Below are positions 26,672 through 34,688 of a stretch of DNA of 64,000 nt, in pieces. The stretch comes from Promethearchaeota archaeon. Lineage in GTDB: Archaea > Asgardarchaeota > Lokiarchaeia > Sigyniarchaeales > Sigyniarchaeaceae. The translations under genes were made by a program, and so were the position numbers. Below the pieces are notes generated by a model, which saw only the letters and a list, made by a program, of their open reading frames with translations, made no database searches and was not told where the DNA came from. The DNA lies in the NCBI GenBank assembly GCA_041305945.1, contig JBGLND010000001.1, positions 1,717,210 through 1,781,209 of the forward strand, in the 5' to 3' direction. Numbering within the stretch: position 1 is the stretch's first letter; each line of letters starts with the position of its first letter.

Positions 26672-26715
26672 CGCAACGACAAATGAATATAATGGTTCCC
26701 GCGCAAGAATGATAT

Positions 26716-28251
26716 GTGTCATCGAAAAACACGCCTCGCAACATCTTGTTCATCATGGTTGAATCGTGGGACGGCCGCGTCATCGGGAGCCTTGGCGACC
26801 TCGTGTTGAGGAATGTGACCCCAAACATCGACAGGTTCGCGAGGAAGGGCGTGCTGTTCAAGCATAATTACACCACCTTTCCCGTGTGTTGCCCTGCTCG
26901 TGCCAACTTGTGGTCAGGCCAATACTCGTTCAATTGCAAGGCGTGGAACAACCACAAGGGGCTCGAACCCGGGACTCCCATTCTCAGGGATGTCCTCGAA
27001 GAACACGGCAACTACGTGTTCGCGGCGAAGAAACGTGACGGGCGCGGCCCAAGCATCGGCATCGGGAAGCACGATTACATCTCTGGCGGGCATTCCCAGC
27101 AAAATCGCGTCACAGCTTGGACAGGCGCGGCGAACATCCAGCGCCCGGCCTACATCCAGTCCAAGCCCATGGTCTCCCGGTGGGGCGGGCGCAAGTGCCA
27201 CCCCGAGGACTGGGTCCGGTGCGCGACGGCCACCAAGTTCTTGAAGCAGCGGGCTAAGATGCAAAAGGAAGGCGATGCACGGCCATTTTTCCTGTACTTG
27301 AGCCTCACCACGCCCCACCCGCGGTTCCGTACGACCAAGCACTGGCTTTCCAAGGTGGATTACGATGCGGTATCCATCCCGCCAAAGGATACCGAACCCG
27401 TGCATCCCGTCATCCGCTACCAGCAAATCTCGAAGGCGTGGGTGCACGGGTTTGACCCGGATTCGGTGAGACTGACACGCGCGATTTACTACGCAATGGT
27501 CGCTGAAACCGATGCTGCCATCGGCACCGTGCTCGACACCGTTGAATCCCTTGGATTGCTGGAGAACACGCATGTCATCATCACCGCCGATCACGGGGAG
27601 AACAACATGGAGCACGAGCTCTTTTACAAGATGAACATGTACGAGTCGTCCGTGCGGACGCCGCTAGTCATTGCGGGGCCTGGCATCCAGCAAGGCATCG
27701 TTCTCGATAATCCCGTCAGCACCGTCGATCTCTACCCGACGATCCTGGAGATGGCCGGGATACCTGCTGAAAAGGCACCCAACCCGCTGGATGGCAAATC
27801 CTTGATGCCGTTGTTGGCGGGACGTGATGGCTGGACACGTGATTACGCGTTTTCCATGTTCACCGGCACCGCCGTGAACACGTCGATCTTCATGATCCGG
27901 AAAGACCGGTGGAAATACGTTGCATACACGGGCTACCCGCCGCAGCTTTTTGACATTATCGATGATCCAGATGAAATCAATAACGTTGCAAGCAAGCATC
28001 CCGATGTCGTGAAAGCCTTGGATGCCCTCCTTCATGACGTGTGCGATTACGATGCCGTGCATGCGGAGTGGCAAGCATATTGCAAGCAAGCATTCCGGGC
28101 GTGGCGTGATCGCGTGCGCGAGAAGCCAGTTCTCTTGTTCGAGTACGGTGCGAAGAACCCCCGTGCGACCTACGAGGACGTCATGAGTAACACGTACAAG
28201 GGCTGGAACGCCGAGGATGCTGAAAAGCTCGAGAAATGGTTAGAATCATAG
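26716..28251 (+). CDS. Cys-type sulfatase (arylsulfatase/choline-sulfatase-like), no signal peptide
   Basis: NILFIMVESWDGR ... FPVCCPARANLWSG carries the formylglycine motif C-x-P-x-R. ADHGE and other sulfatase blocks are present. The start is GTG. Confidence 0.85.
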   Translation: MSSKNTPRNILFIMVESWDGRVIGSLGDLVLRNVTPNIDRFARKGVLFKHNYTTFPVCCPARANLWSGQYSFNCKAWNNHKGLEPGTPILRDVLEEHGNYVFAAKKRDGRGPSIGIGKHDYISGGHSQQNRVTAWTGAANIQRPAYIQSKPMVSRWGGRKCHPEDWVRCATATKFLKQRAKMQKEGDARPFFLYLSLTTPHPRFRTTKHWLSKVDYDAVSIPPKDTEPVHPVIRYQQISKAWVHGFDPDSVRLTRAIYYAMVAETDAAIGTVLDTVESLGLLENTHVIITADHGENNMEHELFYKMNMYESSVRTPLVIAGPGIQQGIVLDNPVSTVDLYPTILEMAGIPAEKAPNPLDGKSLMPLLAGRDGWTRDYAFSMFTGTAVNTSIFMIRKDRWKYVAYTGYPPQLFDIIDDPDEINNVASKHPDVVKALDALLHDVCDYDAVHAEWQAYCKQAFRAWRDRVREKPVLLFEYGAKNPRATYEDVMSNTYKGWNAEDAEKLEKWLES

Positions 28252-28266
28252 AACGGTCATGCCGGC

Positions 28267-28743
28267 ATGTACGAGATCGTGCAAGGATTGTTTCTGGGCG
28301 ACGAGGATGATGCCCGGAACAGGGCGAGCTTTCAAAAAAATTCCATACATGCCGTGATTAACTGTGCCATCCGCGTTCCAAATTGCTTCCAAGATGATGG
28401 GATTGACTACCTGCACTTGATGCTGGAGGAGAGTTCCGAGATCACGAAGCCGATGGTCGACCGGGTCATCGCTTTCGTGCAAGCACACGAGGCCCGGGGA
28501 AGCATCCTCGTGCATTGTTCCGGGGGTAACCAGCGCTCGCCATCGATCATGCTGGTGATCCTGTTAACGCGCGGCCACGCGTTTTTCGAGGCGCTGGAGC
28601 ACATCTTGAAGGCCGGGCAGGTGACCATCCCGCCCACGTTCACCATGCTGGGCTCCATCGCGGCGCTCGACTTGAACGGGGAAGGCGTCACCAAGGACGA
28701 CCTCCGCACGTTCTTTTACGAGACATATCGCCTGCGATTCTGA
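28267..28743 (+). CDS. dual-specificity (Cys-based) protein phosphatase
   Basis: 158 aa with the P-loop VHCSGGNQRS (HC-x5-R-S) at 28510-28539. The size and upstream D-containing loop fit DUSP/PTP-fold enzymes. Confidence 0.8.
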   Translation: MYEIVQGLFLGDEDDARNRASFQKNSIHAVINCAIRVPNCFQDDGIDYLHLMLEESSEITKPMVDRVIAFVQAHEARGSILVHCSGGNQRSPSIMLVILLTRGHAFFEALEHILKAGQVTIPPTFTMLGSIAALDLNGEGVTKDDLRTFFYETYRLRF

Positions 28744-28744
28744 C

Positions 28745-29059
28745 CTACTTCTCCCATCGCCCGTACCAGTCTGGTTCCATCCCGCGAGGCAAGAGGTTCC
28801 CCTGCACCGCGACCTTGTCACTCGTGACCCCGAACGATGAGAGGAACCGGGGGCATGACGAGCGCACGTGGTTGTAGGCGATGACTGCATCCTTGGAGTT
28901 AACCAGCACCACCAAGGCGTCAACGAGCTCCTTGTTTTCACCCCGGGTGTTCCACGCCGCATCGAGCGTGGATTGCGAGAGGTGGAATGATTCCACGTCA
29001 TGCGAACTACGAGCAACCACCCCGCCATGTTCAGCGGTGCGGAAACACGCCCTGGTCAT
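28745..29059 (-). CDS. hypothetical protein; possibly a frameshifted C-terminal continuation of the upstream ATPase
   Basis: 104-aa ORF overlapping the ATPase stop by 29 nt in another frame. There is no recognisable motif. Confidence 0.3.
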   Translation of the reverse strand: MTRACFRTAEHGGVVARSSHDVESFHLSQSTLDAAWNTRGENKELVDALVVLVNSKDAVIAYNHVRSSCPRFLSSFGVTSDKVAVQGNLLPRGMEPDWYGRWEK

Positions 29060-30362
29060 TCACTATTTTTTCCGAAAGCAACATTGAAAACAGCGATAAG
29101 AGTGTCTTTTTTTCATATTGCATGAAAATGGCATCGACAGGAAGGATGATAACACACCCGTTGGAATTGTTTCGCAAGTCCTCGATAATAGGACGTGCTT
29201 GCCGCATCTCTTCAAGGATATTTTCAGATCTCGAGATCACCGCGTAATCCGGAGCCCACTCGTTGATCGTGCTGGGGGAGACGAACCCCACCCTGAATCG
29301 TTGCTGCAACGTGGCCTTGTCGAACGACCTTTCCATTCCCTTGAGAAACCGTCGCACGTCCATGTCGAGCGGGCTCACGTAGAACACGCTCATCTTGTTC
29401 AACAAGCCCACGTTGATGAACACCATGTGTGAGAAATAGATCAAGTCGTTACCGTGGGGTTCCACCTCCAAGCAGAGGTGTTTTGCCAGCATCAGGTTCG
29501 CGAAAAAGCCTTGGTTCTGCAAGTTTCCCAGGAGCATGTCGTGCACTTCCTTGAACCGTTGGTCCAAAGGTAACAAGGAGAGCCTCGGGTTGGTGGGTGG
29601 CAACGACCTGAACCTGCCCTTGTAGAGGGAAAACAAGATGCGGGGGTGCTGGAATTCAACGTGCCGGAGTTTCATGATGTCCATGTACCGCACGAACTTT
29701 TCCGGGACCATGCTCGTGTCCAGGTTTAACTTGACGATGCCATCCACCAGGTAATCCTGCTCGGAACCGGCGGATTCCTCGGAAACCAGCACCATCTTGA
29801 GCTTCCAAGACCTCGCGTACGATATCAGCGCCTCGTAGGCGTTTACCCGCGTGAGCCCGGGGTTCTCCCGGTTTAGCGCCTCGATGATCTTTTCAACGGA
29901 ATCGATGACCAGGAGTACGTGCTTGCTTCCCGGGTCCCTTTTATCTTGCTCATCCTTGAGAAGTTTTTCCAATGCCCAGAGGATGCCAACCGGGTACTTG
30001 TTACTTATATCTAGCAATCTCGGTTCTTTTACCTTCGTGTCCAACTCGGAGATGTCCGCAATCTTGCTGCTATCAACACGCTGCATGAACATCATGTATT
30101 GTTCTTTCATTTCTTCCAAGGTAGACCTTGTAGAAACGAACACGATGGTTGCATCCTTGTGCTGTTCCCTCATAAACGAGCACGTTTCCATCGAGAGCGT
30201 AGTTTTTCCCGTCCCGGGCGCGCCCTTTACTAGGAGCACGTAACCAAAATTCAAGTCCATGATCTTACCTATGAAATCGGGTAACGTGACGGGAATGTCG
30301 TACGATGCTTTATCAACGAGATCGAATATTTTCAAGAGGCTCCGGGACACTGCGTTCACCAT
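29031..30362 (-). CDS. KaiC/RecA-superfamily ATPase with a degenerate second domain
   Basis: Walker A is LLVKGAPGTGKTT, Walker B is VLLVIDSVE, and MDIMKLRHVEFQHPRILFSLYKGRF matches the KaiC-type K-(M/L)-R-G/H block. The second half repeats the fold pattern without a P-loop. Confidence 0.75.
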   Translation of the reverse strand: MVNAVSRSLLKIFDLVDKASYDIPVTLPDFIGKIMDLNFGYVLLVKGAPGTGKTTLSMETCSFMREQHKDATIVFVSTRSTLEEMKEQYMMFMQRVDSSKIADISELDTKVKEPRLLDISNKYPVGILWALEKLLKDEQDKRDPGSKHVLLVIDSVEKIIEALNRENPGLTRVNAYEALISYARSWKLKMVLVSEESAGSEQDYLVDGIVKLNLDTSMVPEKFVRYMDIMKLRHVEFQHPRILFSLYKGRFRSLPPTNPRLSLLPLDQRFKEVHDMLLGNLQNQGFFANLMLAKHLCLEVEPHGNDLIYFSHMVFINVGLLNKMSVFYVSPLDMDVRRFLKGMERSFDKATLQQRFRVGFVSPSTINEWAPDYAVISRSENILEEMRQARPIIEDLRNNSNGCVIILPVDAIFMQYEKKTLLSLFSMLLSEKIVNDQGVFPHR

Positions 30363-30430
30363 GCAATTCGGGCACCGCGCGCAACGACTCGCTCGCGGGG
30401 TAATGGAATAATGACACCGCGCGGTTTTTG

Positions 30431-31969
30431 TCAGTTTTCAGCTGGTCCAAGCCGCTCCCGGTCGATCACGAAGCCATCACCCGCGGTTGGCCCCGGGTCA
30501 GCCTCCTTGCGGTACGGGTAGGGGAATTGCTGCATCGCCCGGAGCCCGCCGAACGTCGAGAATCCACGCATGCCACGGCGGACCTCCGTGAAGAGCATGC
30601 GCAGCGTGATCTTGCTCTCATCGGACTCGGGCTCCTTCACGTAGCTCAACCGGTGAATGGCAAAAATGCCCAATATGAATGCGAAGAAAAAAAAGAAGTC
30701 CCAATACTGGAAATTCAACGTGTCGAATGCAAAGCTCCCGGCCGGGCTCAGCCACTGGACCGTGATGGAGAACTCGATCCCCGCGAATGCATCGACGAGC
30801 AAGCCCCCGATGACCGGCGCGATTGCCGCGGCCAGCGCGTTCAAGAAATTCTTGCTCGCGAGGTAAGCAGTTGCCTTGCCCTTCGGTGCTAGCTTCAAGC
30901 CGATGTTCAACGAGGCCAAGTTGATCCCGGCCGTGGCGATGCCCATGAACACGTGGATCAAGAACAGCAAGGGGAGGGTGAAGACGTGCACCGTTGGAAG
31001 CGTCGTGAAGGTCCAAGCGAGCAAGCAGATCACGAGGGTACCTGTCGCAGAGTTGAGCACGGTCTTGTTGCTAAACCGCGCTGCAAGACGGCCCCACGCG
31101 GTGAAAAACGTGATGTTGGCTAGCTGGCTGGAGACCGTAAGGATGATGACCGTGCCGATATCCAAGCCTATTTGTTTCAAGAGGTAGACCGTGAAGAACG
31201 GGGCGGAGAGGTTAATGGCGAAATTCAGCGCGACCAGGAACCAGATCAAGTTCTTGAAATTCGCGTCGCGTAGCATTTCTTTGATTCTCTTGAAGATGGA
31301 GTTTCCAACCATGGCAAGATCGATTCTCGGTTCGCGTGTTCTGGCTAAGAATACCACGCTCGCGATGCCGAAGCAGAACGCGATGATGAACAAGATGGCA
31401 TACCCGTGGAGATGGAAGGGCTCGTTGGCCACCTTCCACGCGTTCAGGAAGATGCCCGACACGATGCCGACGGGCATCGAGATGGCAGTGGAAAATGCCA
31501 TGCGCTTGGCGAAAAACGTGCTTCTTTCGGTGGCCGGTATCAAGTCATGCATCCACGAGTTCCACGCGCAAGCGGTTGTCGCCGTGAATATCGAGTGCAC
31601 GATCAGGAATAGTAATATTGCGATCAAGCCCGCATTACCAGGAAAAAGAAATGGGATGGTGATGATCAAGAAAAAGGCTAGCCTGCTCCCGGTGGCTGAT
31701 ATCACGCTCACCAGCCGGCGGTTTCTTGCTTTTTCAACGATTTTTATTGCTGGTATCTGGAAAAATTGCGATATTAGCGGGACCGTGCTGATCAAGCCAA
31801 TGATAAAATTCGAGGCACCCAAGTCGACGGCCAAGCTCACGAGGATGATCCCGCTGCTGGCCATTACCATGAGCTGGCTGAATATGCCATCCAGCATGAC
31901 ACTTCGCATGCTGGCTTGAACGACGGGCGTGTCGAGCGTCTCGTCGGGGGATAAAACCACGTCCTTCAC
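30431..31969 (-). CDS. MFS transporter
   Basis: 512 aa with about 12-14 hydrophobic spans in two halves and short basic loops typical of the major facilitator superfamily. Confidence 0.75.
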   Translation of the reverse strand: MKDVVLSPDETLDTPVVQASMRSVMLDGIFSQLMVMASSGIILVSLAVDLGASNFIIGLISTVPLISQFFQIPAIKIVEKARNRRLVSVISATGSRLAFFLIITIPFLFPGNAGLIAILLFLIVHSIFTATTACAWNSWMHDLIPATERSTFFAKRMAFSTAISMPVGIVSGIFLNAWKVANEPFHLHGYAILFIIAFCFGIASVVFLARTREPRIDLAMVGNSIFKRIKEMLRDANFKNLIWFLVALNFAINLSAPFFTVYLLKQIGLDIGTVIILTVSSQLANITFFTAWGRLAARFSNKTVLNSATGTLVICLLAWTFTTLPTVHVFTLPLLFLIHVFMGIATAGINLASLNIGLKLAPKGKATAYLASKNFLNALAAAIAPVIGGLLVDAFAGIEFSITVQWLSPAGSFAFDTLNFQYWDFFFFFAFILGIFAIHRLSYVKEPESDESKITLRMLFTEVRRGMRGFSTFGGLRAMQQFPYPYRKEADPGPTAGDGFVIDRERLGPAEN

Positions 31970-31982
31970 TATTAGGTGCGCG

Positions 31983-33518
31983 TCAAGTGATAAAAAATTT
32001 CGTGCGCGGGAGTGTCCTCACGAACGTTTCTGGCACGCCGAACTCGTCCTGGAATATCCTCCAGTAATACAGTTCCTCCTTCGACTTGGCAAGCACGCCC
32101 GGGAATATCTCCCTCTCGGTTTCGAATTCATCGTCCGAGATTCGCTCGTTCAAGTAGTCGCGCATGATGAACTGGCTCCCGACGCCCTTCGAGAACTTGG
32201 CCTTGGGACGGCTCGCGATCCGGGGCGGGATGACGTGCTTGAAAGCCTCCCGGACAATCCATTTCTCGACCTTCCGGCCTTCCACGTTCCGTATTTTCAT
32301 CCCGGCCGGTACCTCGAAGGCGAGCTTGACGATGTCCATGTCGAACCACGGCGCCCGGGCCTCTATTCCAAACGCGTACGGGACACGGTCGACGCGCTGG
32401 AGGCCGGTCGCATGTTCGACCTTGAGGAGGTTGACCAGCTCTTCCTTGAACGCTGCATCATCAAGCTCCTTGAGGTAAGAATATCCCCCGAATAGCTCGT
32501 CCCCGCCTTCTCCCGTGAGGATGATGTCCGTTCCGGGCTTGACGTTTGAAAGTGCATGATACATGGGAATGGCACTTCGTATCAAAGCTGCGTCGAATGT
32601 CTCGAGCGCGTATATTACCTTGGGGATGATCTTGATCATGCTTTCCAAGTCGATCATGAACACGTGGTGGTTGATGTCGTGCTTGTGTTGGTCCGCGAAG
32701 AGCTTCGCGAACTCGAGGTCTTCCGATCCTTCATAGGCGACCGTGTAGGCATCCATTTCGGGCACGAAGATCGTTGCCAAGGCACAGATGATGGTCGAGT
32801 CGATGCCCCCGCTCAACAACGCGCACGTCTTGCAATCCGTGTCTATTGTCCTCTTCACAGCGTCGCGTAGCAGCCTGAAGAGCCGTGTCTTGAACTCGTT
32901 GGCATCGTTCTTGCCTCGTTCCATCGTGCCTTGCAATCTTTCCGCGTGGAAGTAACGTTTAATGGTTGAATGCTTGCCATCGTGCTTGAACACGCTACCC
33001 GGGGGTAAGATGACCGGGTTCCCGTGGAGATGCTTCAATGCCTTTAACTCCGAGGCGATGATGACGGCGTCATCGTTCTCAATCATGTACAGCGGGTTGA
33101 AACCGACCGGATCCCGGCATGCAATTACATCGTCGCCATCTACCATGACCATCGAGAACATGCCTTGGAGCTTGCCGAATGCGTCGTCCTGCCATCGTTG
33201 GTAGGCACACCAGATGGTCTCGGCTGCGAACGGTTCCATCTCGTACCTTTCTCCCATCTGTTGCCGGACGCTATCCTTGTTGAAAATTGCCCCGTCGATG
33301 ATCACGTGCGGGGAACCATTCTTGAAGTGACCCGGTTGTATCCCGTGACTATCATTCTCACGTTGTGCCTTGTTGTAGAATACCTTCAAGAACGTGGAGT
33401 CATCCACGATCTTTTTCCTTGAATAGCGACCCCTGTGCTGCAAGAGGTCAGCTTGCTCTTCCACGTTTCGTGGTACACGTTTTCCTTTTTTTGCCTTGTA
33501 GAGGAATATGCCCGTCAT
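31983..33518 (-). CDS. asnB: asparagine synthase (AsnB family), N-terminal nucleophile Cys replaced by Thr
   Basis: It has the PP-loop LLSGGIDSTIICALA and synthetase-domain blocks. The N-terminus reads M-T-G-I-F instead of M-C-G-I (ACG codon at 33513-33515, minus strand). Confidence 0.85.
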   Translation of the reverse strand: MTGIFLYKAKKGKRVPRNVEEQADLLQHRGRYSRKKIVDDSTFLKVFYNKAQRENDSHGIQPGHFKNGSPHVIIDGAIFNKDSVRQQMGERYEMEPFAAETIWCAYQRWQDDAFGKLQGMFSMVMVDGDDVIACRDPVGFNPLYMIENDDAVIIASELKALKHLHGNPVILPPGSVFKHDGKHSTIKRYFHAERLQGTMERGKNDANEFKTRLFRLLRDAVKRTIDTDCKTCALLSGGIDSTIICALATIFVPEMDAYTVAYEGSEDLEFAKLFADQHKHDINHHVFMIDLESMIKIIPKVIYALETFDAALIRSAIPMYHALSNVKPGTDIILTGEGGDELFGGYSYLKELDDAAFKEELVNLLKVEHATGLQRVDRVPYAFGIEARAPWFDMDIVKLAFEVPAGMKIRNVEGRKVEKWIVREAFKHVIPPRIASRPKAKFSKGVGSQFIMRDYLNERISDDEFETEREIFPGVLAKSKEELYYWRIFQDEFGVPETFVRTLPRTKFFIT

Positions 33519-33613
33519 CTTGTGTTTACCTTGTCTGGTGCTGTTCATGGTTGCTGGTTTCATCCAGGATGTTCATTGAATGGATGGCGTGGCCTCCGTG
33601 CTAGGCCCTCCAT

Positions 33614-34444
33614 TCATATCCAGAACTTTCCCGACGGCGTGTATTCGCTCGTGTCGAGCGCGCTCCGGATGAGTATTTCTAGCGGGAATCCAACCCTTTC
33701 AAGCGTCCTCCCCGTGCTCGTGAAATCTTGGCCGAGCAACGCGGATGCGAGGACGATCACGGCATCGATGTTGGGCGTGTCGACGCGCAGCATCTTCCCG
33801 ATGGAGGACATGGGCACGAGTCCCGTCGGGATGTCTTCCAGGAGATACCTCGTGTCGAGTTGGTCGGGTGCCAGAATACCTTGGTAGGCCATCACGACAT
33901 TGAACGCCTCGTGCACGGTACGTGCCTTCACGCCGTACGATTCTCGTATCCAGTCCAGGAATGTCGTGGCAGGCAATCCAAGCCGCTGGACGATCAAGCA
34001 TCGTTCCTTGTCGATGGCCTCGATCACCCTCGATATCTCGCGTGTCATTCCTTGCCTGTAGAACTCGAACTGGCCAGCCCTCGCGATGGCACCGGCGTTC
34101 AAGAGCACGCCCGCGGGATGGACCATCGCACCGATGTTGTTCATCGAGGTGATCAGGATGTCATCCACGGGCACGAGGGACGGGAACAGTTCCTCCATCA
34201 AGCCACGGGCGAGCTCGTTATCGGTCTCCGGAAAGAAGCAATACGAGACGCGTTCCTTGATCTTGTTGATGAAGACACCCGTGTCCTTGATCTTCCTGCA
34301 CGTGAACAACAAGGTCTGCGTCTCTCCCACGAACACGTTGAGGTCTGGCCTTTCTTTCTGGATGATGCTCTGCGCGTGGATGGCCCCGAACGTGCGCCCG
34401 GGGTTGAGCAAGATGATCTGCCCGTTCTGCAAGTATGGCAACAC
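33614..34444 (-). CDS. NAD/NADP octopine/nopaline (opine) dehydrogenase family protein lacking the N-terminal Rossmann segment
   Basis: GQIILLNPGRTFG ... NNIGAMVHPAGVLLNAG ... FYRQGMT ... YLLEDIPTGLVPMSSIG matches the opine dehydrogenase family. The GxGxxG region (~90 aa) is missing and an in-frame TAG sits 5 codons upstream. Confidence 0.7.
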   Translation of the reverse strand: MLPYLQNGQIILLNPGRTFGAIHAQSIIQKERPDLNVFVGETQTLLFTCRKIKDTGVFINKIKERVSYCFFPETDNELARGLMEELFPSLVPVDDILITSMNNIGAMVHPAGVLLNAGAIARAGQFEFYRQGMTREISRVIEAIDKERCLIVQRLGLPATTFLDWIRESYGVKARTVHEAFNVVMAYQGILAPDQLDTRYLLEDIPTGLVPMSSIGKMLRVDTPNIDAVIVLASALLGQDFTSTGRTLERVGFPLEILIRSALDTSEYTPSGKFWI

Positions 34445-34459
34445 GCGCTTGATCGCTGC

Positions 34460-34570
34460 CTATGTGGCCCAGAACACGTAATGCAGGAGTGGGATCAAGG
34501 CCATGACTAGCCCCCCGAGCGCGCAAGCCCCACCGAGCCGCGCGGCGACCGAACCCTTGTTGATTTCCAT
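34460..34570 (-). CDS. 36-aa hydrophobic mini-ORF, probably the orphan 5' end of a membrane-protein gene
   Basis: AGGTGA lies 7 nt upstream of the ATG. The product is MEINKGSVAARLGGACALGGLVMALIPLLHYVFWAT, and its TAG is in frame with the opine dehydrogenase fragment. Confidence 0.3.
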   Translation of the reverse strand: MEINKGSVAARLGGACALGGLVMALIPLLHYVFWAT

Positions 34571-34688
34571 CCTGGGGTCACCTAGCCGTGGAGGAACCTA
34601 AAATACCCTCGAGCTACCTATCGAAGCGCAAGTTCTTTATGTCACGGTCCCGAATTTTTATGTTTTTTCGAGCAATTGAAAATGAAGT

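Noticed and set aside
25837-26712. 291-aa plus-strand ORF
   Set aside because: It is antisense to rhaA, which aligns end to end with the RhaA family.
12780-34460. Near-equal spacing (~10.86 and ~10.83 kb) of three junctions, and the idea that 12783-23640 is an insertion splitting one beta-helix/PKD gene
   Set aside because: Joining the flanks does not complete the cut PKD domain, and the segment ends are themselves truncated genes rather than element termini. The later junctions are irregularly spaced. I treat the regularity as coincidence or a by-product of contig ordering.
34460-34462. In-frame TAG as pyrrolysine or read-through codon linking the mini-ORF to the opine dehydrogenase
   Set aside because: The 36 residues upstream are a hydrophobic helix, not the missing GxGxxG Rossmann segment. 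Read-through would therefore not rebuild a functional enzyme, and a deletion or join is the simpler reading.
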